NCBI RefSeq assembly: GCF_964355755.1
Contig: NC_092680.1
Span: forward strand, 21,461,045 to 21,525,044
Direction of reading: 5' to 3'
DNA length: 64,000 nucleotides
From: Antedon mediterranea
Lineage: Eukaryota > Animalia > Echinodermata
Below are positions 39,581 through 53,380 of this stretch, in pieces. The notes under the pieces were generated by a model, which made no database searches, had not been told where the DNA came from, and saw only the letters and a list, made by a program, of their open reading frames with translations. Numbering within the stretch: the first letter of the stretch is position 1; each line of letters begins with the position of its first letter. The position numbers were made by a program, and so were the translations under genes.

Positions 39581-42481
39581 GACCTTGTAAAGTAAGCAGT
39601 GAATGGCTTGCATACACTGTAGCAGACATACGTGATCCTTGATAAATAATCGGCCAAATTTATCAATATAATTAAACCGAAAAAATACACACACCTTCTT
39701 TCGAACGCTTAAAGTTAATATACTGATATGTTTTTTTTTCATGTACAGGTATGATCGAGTTGGTCAAAACAGGTATAAATGTTTATATTGTATGTTGCTC
39801 GTAAGCTATAAAATTTGAAAGTCCATTAAAATGTTAAAGTGAGGTCACCTCTCAGCAGGTGTCTGTCACGAGAGGGCGCTATGTACTATGGCTTAGTTTT
39901 CGCAGGTAAAGTGTGGTTCCAAAATCAAAAGAATCACCCCCTCTTTTTAGCAAGTAACTGGTATAAGTAGTCGATTTAATTTTAAGTAAGATATTCGGTT
40001 TTCAATTACCAATTTGATTTCTAAAAATAATTTTTGGTAATTGTAATAGATATAATCATGGAGAAATAAGTTAGGGACTAAAGTTTCCCATGAAATAAAG
40101 CATATATAACATGTTATATAAGTCGCCGCTTAGCTCTAAGTATGTAGCTTAATCGTGAGTCTCATTGCTTGGAGTAATGTAAAACCATTCGACTTGTTTT
40201 TAAGTATGAATCGCAATATTAATTATGCTTTGAATTGCTTTAAGTTTCGTGTGAACAGGCCTTAAACAGTCTAATTATATTATGTTTGAATAAAGTTTGA
40301 ATATATACTAATTACGTTTTCCCTTTATAAGCATCAGATCTATCAAGTTTAAAAAAAAATTATTTGGGGGGGGGGGGGGTGTTTCAGTGGGCCATACCTT
40401 GTGGTTATAATTTAATTAACTTTATCGTTCAAAACATTCTATTAACTGAATAAAGAATACTGGTAGTAGGCCTCTGGAAACAAGTATTTCACAGAAATAA
40501 CAACGCCCGGGCCAAGTGTATGCCCAGTGAATAATACGAAATACGTTGTTATCTGCCAAGATAGTATATTTTGTCTATTCAAACTGGTACCGGTAGCTTT
40601 TTTCGACCAACCCAATTCATCGTATAGATCTTTCATCGTTGCCGATAACGGACACGACGGTTTCGAAATACTAACGGTACGACACGCCTAGACTATTTTG
40701 ACGGTTGCTGCGACTTCCGATCAGAATTATACCGCCTTGCAGGAGAAGGCAGTTGGTGCAAACATATACTTCATAAAGACAATTGTTAAAACAAATCGAC
40801 TGTTCAAGATTTTTAAATATTGCAATATTATCTGATGCAATCTTTGCCTGATGGATTGTGTTCTTCACCAATATTCGAATACAACGTTGCCCATATACTA
40901 TGGGACTTAATTCTAGCACGTATGAATTAATACATGTATAAACCTACAGTACATTTACATACCAAGAATTGGATAAAACGCTTAGGGTCTACCACGAAGC
41001 AAGCTTTGCTTTTCTTACCCCATTTCCCGTAAAGTGGACAAATACGGCGCCCTGCAATTGGCCAATTAGAGTGCTACCACGACGATATAACTCAATTTGC
41101 AAATCGAATGGTAGTTTATGATCTGTTTGCCAAACACACTTACCCAGGAGACATAATTGTTAATACAATATAAAAATTATTAACCCTGCAATGTTGAATA
41201 TGAATTCGCTGGGCACGAGCCACATGTAAAAGAGGGTAATATCGATATCAAGTGTGCCACTTATCGTCTGCGACACATGTTAATATGACGTCACAACTTA
41301 TTTACCTCACAGGTGTAAAAATCGTCTGCTTCTTCACGTTCGCACTGCAGTCTAAAAATAACCCTGCTGCACCATATCGACGACCTCCAGGTATATATTG
41401 AATATTTCCGCCACTTATATATCATATCGGCCTTCATTGATGGTATTGTGGTCCAGAACCCTTGCTGATAAACAGTAGACATCTACCGGCCTCGATTGGC
41501 CCTAGAATACATTCCCCACATCCTCTATAACAGGTTATCTGATAAACAAACTTAATACTAAATTATTATTGCCAATTAATGTTTTATTGAATTAAATTTG
41601 TCGGTTAAAAGTGGTAAACACAAGTGGGAAACACGGATTGTAATAGATTATGAGAATTTAAATAAAATGCAGGCCATGGTTCTTAAGGAACAATTGACGT
41701 CAATTGTTTTCGTTCTTAAAATGGTAAACAGAACTTGTGTCCTGTAAATTTTGGCCTACTAAACTTTTACCGGTAATTTCACCAATGTTTAGTAATGTGT
41801 GTGCTATTTTATTATCGTGGTTTTAATATTTAAATACTAAAAGATAGGCCGAATCTGTGGTGCCTGCTGCAAGTATGGACACTCGTGTAATAAGACTAAA
41901 GAAAAAAGAACACTCCATATTCAATTGAAATTAAAGGCTCAACTGTTATTGTGATATTTACAAAATTGGGAGGTGTGAGGTGGGAATTGTTATAATCAAT
42001 GTACAGAGGAGGGTCATACTGGGACATGAGGTAATCCGTCACAACAAGACCTGTTTCCCTTCCAAACCCCCTCTCAAATTCGTTGGACCGTGGTGAGTTA
42101 CCAACTGGAAGTAACAGGATGTCATTGAGAAGAAGAGTTAGTTTTGACGGAAGTTCCCTTGTTAAACTTTTAATAAATAGATAAATTTCTCACGGGTTGT
42201 TAGACGGGTTGATTGATAACGGAGGTTGTATAATTGGAGGGAGGAAAATTACAAGATTTGGCATCAGTTTAGTCTCCTGTCTAATCCTCTTTAATTTGCA
42301 TATCAGATTGTTCAATTTTAATTTGAGATTGAAAAAAATAATTAAGCGTGTTTTGGGATAGCGGATTTATCGACGATTAAACATAATTGTGCAAAACTTG
42401 CTTCCTTACATTAGAACTAACACTCGTCTCCAAGCAAGGAACATGCATTAAAACAACACAGTCTACCTGAAACTTTCACTT

Positions 42482-42869
42482 AAAACCTCGCTAGCATGGT
42501 CATCGAGAGATATCCCCCAAAACCTCCCTCGCTAGCATGGTCATCGAGAAATAGCCCAAACAACCTCGCTAGCATGGTCACCCAGATATATCCCCCAAAA
42601 CCTCGCTAACATGGTCACCGAGATATAACCCACAAAACCTCGCTAGCATGGTCACACAGAGATAGCCCCCAAAACCTCGCTAGCATGGTCACCGGGATAT
42701 AGCCCCACAAAACCTCGCTAGCATGGTCACAGAGAGATAGCCCCCAAAACCTCGCTAGCATGGTCACCGGGATATAGCCCTACAAAACCTCGCTAGCATG
42801 GTCACAGAGAGATAGCCCCCAAAACCTCGCTAGCATGGTCACCGAGATATATCCCCCAAAATCTCGCTA
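42482..42869. repeat. ~38-bp minisatellite x10
   Basis: AAAACCTCGCTAGCATGGTCA followed by related (C)CGAGATATAGCCCC variants. Confidence 0.92.
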
Positions 42870-44094
42870 TATTATGCTAGACACTTTTGACGTTGTAAGG
42901 TTGCAGCGGGTGTTCCAAGTTCGCCTATATTTCGAACTTTCGAACGTTCAATATAAATGACTAATTTGAAAATATATTTTCAAAATCCATTTTACTCCAA
43001 GGCAAATATATTTGCTACGTACGTGTGTACAATACACTGCACATTTATACCATATTTGGAATTAATTGTATATAGGCTGTAATAATGAGCATTTTTTGAG
43101 ACAATGAACTCTTGGTGGCGGCGGGCGTTCCCCAAGCTTCGTCAACAATGGATCCATTGTTGATAGATTCAAAATGTTTCTCTGTGTCGGATCTTAATCC
43201 TTCTGCTTATCTGTATCTGTATTTCAGCTGTCCTAATCATGTCCAATACATTAACAACATATTTCAAGCATGGTTTTCAGGTTGTCATGAGAGCTCATGT
43301 TTTAGGTTTTAACTAAATTTATATTGTATAATAACAACTCCATGAGTCGATTTGATTGTCTGCACGTTTTTACTCCGTTGGTCACAATTGACTACCATAA
43401 ACATGCATTTTAGCTGATGTAATCATGTTCAATACCGGTACATTAACAGTACAACATAAAGAATGGTTACCGCTGTAATCATTTCACTGTATATTTTAAA
43501 CAACTCCATGAAGTCGATTTGATTTCTGTTTTGTCTGCGTTGGTCACAGAATTACCAAAATGTCCATGTTTGAACAAAAAATGATGCAGTTTCTGTATGC
43601 ATACATTATTTAAATACTATAATATGTCAAATTATGTGTGAAAACAGTATTTTTAGTGAATATTTAACGAAATTTATTATTAAAAAATAACAATATTATA
43701 ATCAATGTTCAGCGGTACTTATTCCCAGGTACGTAAATGAATGTCCAGGTACTTACATATCGATAATATTACTATTACTGATACCTGGGGATGAGTCATA
43801 CTATTTATTACTTCATAATATGATACGCGCAATACTGCGTCATCATGCGTCATCCAATGACGGACATCAGTTTGATAAACTATATGATTCAGTATTATTA
43901 ATCTAGTCATCGGGAGAACTACATGACTCGTCTTTCGATAAACAACCTGTCGTTTAATCGCGGGGTGTAGCCAGGAATTGGGTGGAGCATGGTGAAGAGA
44001 GAGAGACCATCCGATCAAAGATGAAGATCATCCATCGATTATTGTAATTTTCTTTGATCTTGACTGTAATGATTGGCTGAGAGCATTTGTTACG

Positions 44095-45006
44095 ATATTC
44101 CGACGTATAGCAAGGTATACCGTGCACCCTCTCCTCCATACATCTATATTCCGACGTACGTATAGCCAGATATACCGTGCACCCTCTCCTCCATACATCT
44201 ATATTCCGACGTACGTATAGGCAGGTATACCGTGCACCCTCTCCTCCATACATCTATATTCCGACGTACGTATAGCCAGGTATACCGTGCACCCTCTCCT
44301 CCATACATCTATATTCCGACGTACGTATAGCCAGGTATACCGTGCACCCTCTCCTCCATACATCTATATTCCGACGTACGTATAGGCAGGTATACCGTGC
44401 ACCCTCTCCTCCATACATCTATATTCCGACGTACGTATAGCAAGGTATACCGTGCACCCTCTCCTCCATACATCTATATTCCGACGTACGTATAGCCAGG
44501 TATACCGTGCACCTTCTTCTCCATATATCTATATTCCGACGTACGTATAGCCAGGTATACCGTGCAACCTCTCCTCCATACATCTATATTCCGACGTAAG
44601 TATAGGCAAGTATACCGTGCACCCTCTCCTCCATATATCTATATTCCGACGTACGTATAGCCAGGTATACCGTGCACCCTCTCCTCCATACATCTATATT
44701 CCGACGTACGTATCGCCATGGATACCGTGCACCCTCTCCTCCATACATCTATATTCCGACGTACGTATAGGCAGATATACCGTGCACCCTCTCCTCCATA
44801 CATCTATATTCCGACGTACGTATAGGCAGGTATACCGTGCACCCTCTCCTCCATACATCTATATTCCGACGTACGTATAGCCATGTATACCGTGCACCCT
44901 CTCCTCCATACATCTATATTCCGACGTACGTATAGCCATATATACCGTGCACCCTCTCCTCCATACATCTATATTCCGACGTACGTATAGGCAGGTATAC
45001 CGTGCA
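44095..45006. repeat. 55-bp minisatellite x~16.5
   Basis: Unit ATATTCCGACGTACGTATAGCCAGGTATACCGTGCACCCTCTCCTCCATACATCT; CGTGCA recurs every 55 bp from 44121 to 45001. Confidence 0.97.
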
Positions 45007-45458
45007 TATTCACCATGATAAACCTTCCAGATATTATTGAGGATAGTATAGACTAGTTATGTCGAGACCTAGTATTATTATAGAGGCTTACTTACACTTT
45101 GGTAAACCCATCTGACGTCGGTTAGAAGTCATAGTGAAAGATAAAATAAATATCACAATTATATTCATATACACCTGTCGTCTTTCATAATTCACCTATC
45201 TATATTATTTCATTGTTGTGTCCAATGTCGTATTATATATGTTCTTGTAATTGATATTAGGGTTGTTGCCCACTCGTACATAGGCAGTGCAATGACTTGG
45301 AAGTTGGTATAGGCATATAAGCAAGGAAACATTTTCTTTAATCCATGGTAGACTAGTCGTAATATGATTGGGAATATACCTCGATTTTGATTTGCGTCAG
45401 AGTATCAAATTGTTCCGACTCTGGTGTAAGTCATTGTACGTTAACGTTATTTACGTTT

Positions 45459-45660
45459 AAGCGTGGTTCCCCTAGCGACGTAACGCAAAGCAACAACGTA
45501 TTGACGCAAAGTGCCGTATTGCGTAATCACAAGTGGGAACCGACGACGTAACAGTGCTGAAAACATCGCAGGTTTGATTTCACGTAGGCGGGGGAAAACA
45601 CAATTATTGGAAGGGCATTTTCATACGTCGCGTTAAGTTTCGTTACGTTTCGTTACGTTG
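45459..45660. mobile_element. Element related to MITE family A (shared terminus, different interior)
   Basis: Begins AGCGTGGTTCCCCTAGCGACGTAACGCAA and has internal GTGGGAACC and TTACGTT repeats. Confidence 0.45.
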
Positions 45661-47957
45661 AACGTTATTCGTTTTTAAAATCTTTATAAGCCTACTATTA
45701 TTTCTTCTTTTTTCTTTTTCTTTTTTTTCTCCATTTTTTAAAAGTTGCACATAATATGTTTGTGTCTTTTTTATTAGGCATTATATCTCCATGAGTATGG
45801 TTTTGGTATTCTTTTATCCCCTACACAGCAGTCAGTTGTGGTAAATAATTGGAATCAAATCCCTCAATCGGCAGACGATTTAATCCAAAACTTCCCAATA
45901 AAAAGGTTAATTCTAAACTTCCACACTCAACCCACTTTATATCAAAACAGGAGTAAAATCTTGGGAAAGACTTTACACCCCATAGCATCGACGGAAACAA
46001 TCCAAAACATATTGCTTTTGTCCCCATCGACCAGTTTCCTACCCTGTATTACTTTGACGTCAGACAACTTCAAGTGTTGACATCTCGACCTCGGTGTTGC
46101 TATGGTTTCCAGTTGTTTATTCCAGTTTTATAACCAAAAATAGTTTTTAGCATTTTATTGGGGATTAGGTGCTATCTATTTTTACACTCATGTTTACGCT
46201 AAGCATCATTATATATTATTTACACACGTGGAGATACTATTTAACATCACTGCCATGTCAAGGATCAAGCAGAGCGTGCCTTTACTTAAACACGCTAGGC
46301 CTTATGAACTTTTACTCCTTCTCGTAAGCTTAGCATTCTGCTGCCAAGATAAGTAAACAGATGATGAGATGTGTAAGTGAACAAAATATTGGAAGCCCCA
46401 GCAAATTCCCACTTTTGGCGCGCAACGCAATGACGTACGCGCAACGTATGTGAGTTTCCGAGCGACGACAGTAGTTCGGATCATACATCATTCAACGTGA
46501 TTGGTTTACATAATATAGGCCTATGCATTTGTAATTTTGGAATTTGTTAACACAATTTTATTTTTTAACTGACTTTTTCACATTTTTTTAATGTTTTGTA
46601 TAAATTATATATATATATATATTTTTAATATTTGTGTTTCCATATATATATTTTTGTAAATCAACAATTTCAGCCGTCGGACTGCATGTTTTTTACTATA
46701 TAGGCCTAAACCAGAATAAATAAATAAAAAAAATAATAAAATAAAAAATTGGTCAAATTACAGGTTGCGCTTAGACGTTAATTAATCATTCAAAGCTAAA
46801 TATCGATCTCATTTTCTTTTACAACAAAATTAAACTTTTTTTCGTGATTTTTTTGTATTCCAGACAGGACAACAAAACAGGTTTTCTTTTACCTGATTGT
46901 GTAATCCTGTATAAGATGTTGTTAAATAAATAAATAAATAAAATTACTGTCAATAATGTTTTCACTATGACAGCACTATTTTAAAAAAAAATGATGGAAT
47001 TGAAGATTTATAATTAAAAATGTATAATTTCTATGGTGATGAACAAAACAATGACGACGAAAATTAGATATATTTTGTTTATGTATAGAATGAATGATGA
47101 TTATGTTAATCCTAATAACAATTATTGACATGGTGATGTCAGCAACGCTCTGTAGTAATATAAAAAAGAATTGCAAAAAAAATTTAGGCCTACCACTAAA
47201 TTTAACCCAAACAGTAGTTAGTAGGGAGGCCTAAGTTATGGAATACAGATCAGTCAAATGCAGTTCAGAAGAAGGCGTAACACCTGTTGCTAAGCAAAGG
47301 GCACGTGAAGGGTAAGATCGTCACGTCTACGAACTTTACATCCGGGAAGTAAGAACTTGGTCCTAACTTAATAAAATCAAATCTAATTTTAGTTCTTTTA
47401 AGTTGCAGTCCTTGATCCGCTGCGAGACGGCAAACGGCCTGAAACAAAGGCAAATATAAAATCACGTGACATGGTTGCTTCACGCGGGCTTCATTTACAA
47501 AAACAGGAAATTGGGAGAGGGGATTATGGGTACTAAAAACGACAGCATGGAAAGGGATCAATGAAAAAAGATACGATCAACGAAAACGCGAACTGATGTA
47601 AAGTGAACTGGGTAATCCGCATGGATTTATAGCTTAATCCACGAACCGTCGGATTTAATTATAAATAAGTATGGAATAAAAATATACTACACGGTATTAA
47701 ATTGGGTTAAATAGCTGTTCACGAGATTAAGTTTTTATATTTGATTTCTCGCCGCGTATTTGGTGAATTTCGAGTGACACAGTTTTATTGCATGGGACGA
47801 ACTAAAACCTACAATCAAATAGCTAGATTGGAGAATTAGATAATCACGGAATAACCATCGACCCTTATAAACAGAATTACATTGATTATGTAACGTAAAC
47901 TAAACTGACACATGAATTACTTGGACTAATAATCTACTGAAGACAAACATATTATAA

Positions 47958-48190
47958 TCCGGACTGAATTTTCTGGACTGAATGTCCTAAACTGATGCAC
48001 TGGAGTACGAGTTCTGGACTGAATGTCCTGACTGAATGTCCGGGACTGAATGTTCTGGACTGAATTTCCGGGACTGACTGACCTAGCTGAATGTCCGGGA
48101 CTCGGACTGAATGACCTAGCCCAATGGACCCGAACTGAATGCTGCACTGAATGTTCTGGCTAAATGTTCTGGACTCAACACTGAATGTTT
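47958..48190. repeat. Degenerate ~15-bp tandem repeat
   Basis: GGACTGAATGT(C/T)C recurs through the interval. Confidence 0.8.
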
Positions 48191-50402
48191 TCTATGATAC
48201 GGCCTACAAACCTGGTCGTGGTAACAATAGTAAATTAATTTAGCTATAGTATCTGTACGTTTGTATTCTGCACTTCATCAATCTCCATGGTGTCATTTCT
48301 GTGTATAACCATTCATTTCCGATCTGACAAACTGTTCGTTCTCCCGAGACTCATAACTCACGTCAGTTGTGTATACCCTAATACACCACTGTGACGTTAC
48401 AAGGGAATATGACGTCATAATTCCATAATATATGAGTGTTGCCTATAAGGATGTGTAAGGGGGTCCTATGTAACATCCGTTTCACTGTAGTTGTAATAAT
48501 TTGAATTAAGACATTACCAAGAGACTGAACCATGGCAGCAGCAACTGTCAGTGTGGTTTCGACATCTATTAGCAACATAAATCTGCCAATTGTCATTAAT
48601 TCCCCTTTTTTTATCATGTTTCCTAACTTTAAGGTGTCTAGTTGATTTATATATCGCATAGGTTTATACAAAGTTTACATTCAACAGATAAATAAGATAC
48701 CAAATATAGGATCATTGCATGTGTTGCGCAGCTCTTAACAGAACTTTAAAACACACATGATTACACGCGTACACATCATAATGATGTATTTATTACGTTG
48801 ACAATGTTTGCTATTTGTGGGGATCTTGTAGCTGATGTTCGACGGTATTTCGTTGCGATAGTTCTCATTTTTGCTGCTTTTCATGCTTTTGTATGCTTTC
48901 TATAGACTTTTAATCTTTTTTTAATTTCTTAATTGGTATAGATATTTACATGAAATAGTTTGCAATTTAAAGGCCTTTTGTAACACAAATCCGCAATTCA
49001 TTTTTTTTGTGTGGCTGCTATGGACTTTTATTTTCCCTGAATTGTTTTTGTTATATTCTAGGTAAAATATAAGGCCTATTGATAAATATCTTGGTGTATG
49101 TGGCGTTTCATACTTCTTTTATAGCTGAAAATCAAAACATCGATTGGTACGGTGGACACCATAAACTAAGCATCATGATTTAGAAACAGTTCAATGCAGT
49201 ATCATTATGTACCATATTTTCCTTCACTTTGTATTAGGCCTACTACTTTCACGGAAGTCTGTAACAAACGGCTGTATTCTGAAACCAAGCGAGTAAAGAT
49301 AATGATAATATGAATACCTTTCAGTTTCATACACCAATAACGATACTTATAAACGGGCTCATTTAATTCCCGCCATCAATATCGTACCGAGTGATGTATC
49401 TGTGTCTCAAAACACCAAGTAAAATAATTAAATAACTATAACAATCAGAAGTAAGAGAAGATCAAACATTACCATAATTCATGACGTCATTTCCTACGTA
49501 TAGGGCGCACAAAATGACGTACACAATCGATGATACATCGCTCGTGATTGGACAAATAACTTGCGTTACGTGAACATCGTTTTTGCATCCCCATGTCATA
49601 GTCCTCTGTATACCTAGCGAAACAAAAGACAAAGACAATTTAGAAAACGGAAATAACAAGAATTTGTTGACAAGGTGAAGGTAAATCGAACAGGTAATTT
49701 TAATGTAAAAAAAGGAAATAATAACGAAATTAATTAAAATGTTGGTAAACCAAAGACCACCTACTGTACAAAGGAGTATGGAGCCCGCCCGCTGTGTTTG
49801 TTCAATAAAAAGTACAGAGCGGACAAAATGTAGTATTATTCCGGCACAGTTTGTGGGCCGACGGATTGCAAAGCGTATAACCAAATGGGTATACGCTCCG
49901 TTAAATTTAACATGTATATTTCGTTACTCTATTAGTAATTACACGGTAATGGACAAATGTAAAGATTTTCTTTTTGACTGGATCGTTCGACTCACGCGGA
50001 AACCAATTTCCCTAAGAATCAGTACCCGTGAAAATACTTTAACAGTTCGGTGTTAGTGTGACAATAAACCCACGTGTGCTGCCACGCGCACCTGTTCTCA
50101 CCTGGAACTATTTTTTTCTGTTTATAACACGAGGATTTCTACTACAGTATTCAAATAATGATGAAACAAATATATCTGCTTTACACATATTATATAGTAT
50201 ATTTTTTAGAAGCGCGAACAATTTTCTATGGGAAAACGTAAGCCAGGAAATATATAAGCCTACATCTTCTAAAAAAAAGAACAAAATAATAGACAAGGAG
50301 ACAGAGTTTCACTTTGTTGTTTTATAAAGAAGTCAGCATTTTAACTTAACTAAGAAAAAACAAAGCAGAATTTGAAATATTAAACAGGCCCGATATTTTG
50401 AT

Positions 50403-50535
50403 TGGTTCCCACTCGACGCAACGCAAGAACGTAAGCGCAACGCAAGCGATTGACCAATCACAAGCTTCTGATGTGTCAGCTCTCCTGCGTTGCGTATATA
50501 CGCCCTTGTGTTGCGTCTCTAGAGAGAACAACGCT
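50403..50535. mobile_element. MITE family A, decayed copy
   Basis: TGGTTCCCACTCGACGCAACGCAAG...TTGCGTCTCTAGAGAGAACAACGCT is homologous to 51966-52144. Confidence 0.7.
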
Positions 50536-50562
50536 TTATAGAGTTATTCGTGAAATAATTAA

Positions 50563-51188
50563 AGCCCCATTCCCTACGTTTTTTAGATCTAATTTAAGAT
50601 CACAAACTATATTTAATGTAAAAATAATACTATATGGTCCTATTGCGATAACTTTTTTCGTCTTTAAACGGTTAAAAATGTGAAAAATAAGTCGATTTTA
50701 ATAATTATAGCGGCCCGCTATAAATCCCAAAATGCATTGCGCGCGGACTGATATTTTTGTTTTTCACCTGTAATTCGCCCACTTTTCGATCGATCGTGAG
50801 GCCAAAACAAATGGAAGACTCCTAACTTTTCAGCGAAAATACCGGGTTTTCCCCAATTTGTATCAACGGAGTCTGGCAAAAATAGAAAGAAAATTAATGC
50901 AGCAACTATACAACGTCAGGCTAGGTATATAGCTAGCGTACGATGTTCGCACGTTACCGATGTTTACCAGCTAGGCCTACAAAACTAAGCCTAGCCAGGC
51001 TAGGCCTAAGACCGTCCACGAGAGGTCGATCGCCGCGAACTACTTAGGTAGTGCATTGTTTCTCACTTTTTATCATAATTTACCATAAAACGTACATTTA
51101 AGACAAGGAATGACATGGTTTAATGTTTTTAAAGTGATATATATGTATTATTTTCCAAAAAACGTCCAAAATTGCAGGGAAGGGGTCT
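50563..51188. mobile_element. Non-autonomous TTAA-specific DNA transposon (Kolobok-type), second family
   Basis: TTAA|AGCCCCATTCCCTAC...GCAGGGAAGGGGTCT|TTAA gives a 12/15 TIR match. It shares an internal TCCCA.AATGCA.TGCGC motif with 52148-52679. Confidence 0.65.
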
Positions 51189-51965
51189 TTAAATTAAACT
51201 AACATAACGTGAAAATGATTTAGTAAACTTGTCCAAAACAACGCGAAATCGATCGGGCACTGTACGTTGTTATCGAAGCTTAAAGACCGATTAATTTATT
51301 AAAGATCTTTTTCTTTTCGAAACGTGATCTATTCGCGCTGTTTAAGACAAGGTAGCGGACAAGTTGTTTTGATCTGAAATTGCAATAATTCTGATAATTT
51401 AATGCTAGTTGGCACTTTTCAATCAGGTTTAAGCTACAGCTATAAATCCATAACGAGGGGAAGATAAAACAGACACGCTGGGCAACGGATTAGTTTCACC
51501 CGCATCGATAGCCAAGGACAGTGCTTGTGTTGCCTAGCCCTCGCTTACCATCTGCCGCTTAAATACTTTACAAATCTTATGCATGTAGTCATCTCTCTTG
51601 TGTTTATTCCAACAGAATTACATGTATCTGTACCAATAATAATATAGGAAACGAGAGAGCTGGCTATCAGATAACATAGTATAATTTTATATCGTCATTC
51701 AAGTGGAAAGTTCGTTACATTTCTTGGGACGAATTTTATCACCGGTGGTACAAATGGATTTTTCCGGTCGTTGATAGTATTAGTTTTAAAAATGTATGTG
51801 GATACCGGTAGTATAATTTTATATTATTTAAATATTACGCAATTTTGCAGTTACGATGACGTCATACTAGTATAATAGCTGAATGGGTATATTAGATATT
51901 TTTTTCGACAAACTAAAAATGGTGATATTTCTCGTCGATCTATGTTTGGTACCGACGTTCGGTAA

Positions 51966-52144
51966 AGCGTGGTTCCCACTAGCGACGCAACGCAAGGACG
52001 TAACGCAACGCAAGTGAATTGACCAATCACAAGCGATGGCTTATTCGCTTGTGATTGCTATCTGTCTATAACTTCGCTTGTCATTGGTTAAAACGCTTGC
52101 GTTGCGTTTACGTCCTTGCGTTACGTTCTAGTGGGAACCAAGCT
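51966..52144. mobile_element. MITE family A, complete copy (PIF/Harbinger Tourist-type)
   Basis: Long imperfect TIRs AGCGTGGTTCCCACTAG...CTAGTGGGAACCAAGCT, with TAA on both sides (51963-65 and 52145-47). Confidence 0.85.
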
Positions 52145-52147
52145 TAA

Positions 52148-52679
52148 AGATGTATTGTCCCTTTGATTTGAAATTTTTAAATTTCGAAAATAAGTGGGTC
52201 ATTTTGAAGTATCATAATAGTTATTAACTTTCACCAAAAATTAGTCAAAAAAAAAATAATTTAACCGAAATACAGATGTTTTTTTGTTCAAAAAATAACT
52301 TTGACTTCCAGTCAAAGTTTTCAATCAAAACATATCCCATAATGCAATGCGCTTGTTTGGCTACTCTGTATGCATAATCATAAAACTTCCTCGCGATCTG
52401 TGTGAAAACACCTTCTCAACCGTGACGAGTTGTAAACAATCCTAATTAGCATCATGCATAATGCATACTCATGGTTTGAAATCTTTGTTTACTTTCGCTT
52501 GCGACGATTTCTCAGACGAAATGTAATCTAATTAATTTACCTGTTAATTACGTAAACTGTTGTTTTTGGCTCGAATTTTCGACTTAAAGTGAATAACTTT
52601 AATATTACTTTGATATGGCCAATTTAAATTTAGAATATTTTTTTTTTTCATTTTTTGTGTTTCAAGGGACAATACATCT
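52148..52679. mobile_element. Non-autonomous TTAA-specific DNA transposon (Kolobok-type AG...CT termini)
   Basis: TTAA|AGATGTATTGTCCCTT...AAGGGACAATACATCT|TTAA gives a perfect 16-bp TIR and a TTAA target duplication. Confidence 0.8.
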
Positions 52680-53008
52680 TTAAACTAATTACCGTACGTT
52701 TTGTTACAAACAAACGTCTGCAATCATGCAATGTTGATTTTTTATAATTGGCCATGTCATTAAAAAAAAGCAAATGGTGAAAGAGAGTAATGCGGCCTAA
52801 AACATTGTGGGGACGTGAAACTAACACTTTTATTAGGCCTAATCACGTTTGATCAGGATAGTCAATTATCGTGATGTGACTTTGAACTGTAAACGAACCA
52901 TAAGCATAATTGTGTGCACCTTCCCCGCGTCCGTGTGGATGTAATCGTGTAGCCACATACGTCCCAAAGAATGACCTCGGAAGTGGGAAAACACGTTGTG
53001 GTTCGTGC

Positions 53009-53206
53009 GTGCCCAGCTATGAACTTGAGGTACATAAACATGGCCAATTTAGGTTCTATCACATGTCCTTATCGCCATGTGAGCAATGATCGTGAGTGCC
53101 CAGGAACTTGAGGTACATAGACATGGCCAATTCAAGTTCTATAGGCCTACATGTCCTCATCGCCATTGTGAGCAATGATCGTCAGTGCCCAGCTATGAAC
53201 TTGAGG
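53009..53206. repeat. ~80-90 bp satellite, left part (about 2.3 units)
   Basis: The unit GAACTTGAGGTACATAAACATGGCCAATTTAGGTTCTAT...GATCGTGAGTGCCCAG recurs at 53021, 53104 and 53197. Confidence 0.9.
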
Positions 53207-53380
53207 CAGTGGCGTATCCAGGATTTTGAAGTAGGGGGGCCGGGAATTGCCAATTTGCCGACAAAATTCATGCTGGTGATCAATATATGTTATAGGTTGT
53301 ATAGTTCATGTTTTATTACATTTAGTAGTGGAGTTAGAAAAATATAGTAATTAGACATAATGTACATATAAGGTATATAT

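Noticed and set aside
41291-41482. Ig-like exon (ADDFYTCEV followed by a GTAAAT donor)
   Set aside because: There is only one short motif, no convincing acceptor and no partner exons.
42482-42869. CRISPR-like look (constant 21-bp block plus variable segment)
   Set aside because: The variable segments are homologous to each other, there are no cas genes and the context is eukaryotic. It is an ordinary minisatellite, as are the 55-bp and 70-bp arrays.
42890-43160. RT-like peptides (VAAGVPQASSTMDPLL)
   Set aside because: They resemble the LINE RT GVPQGS motif but are too short and degraded to annotate. Similar weak LINE-like traces at ~18050-18420, ~40560-40920 and ~45800-45880 were also left uncalled.
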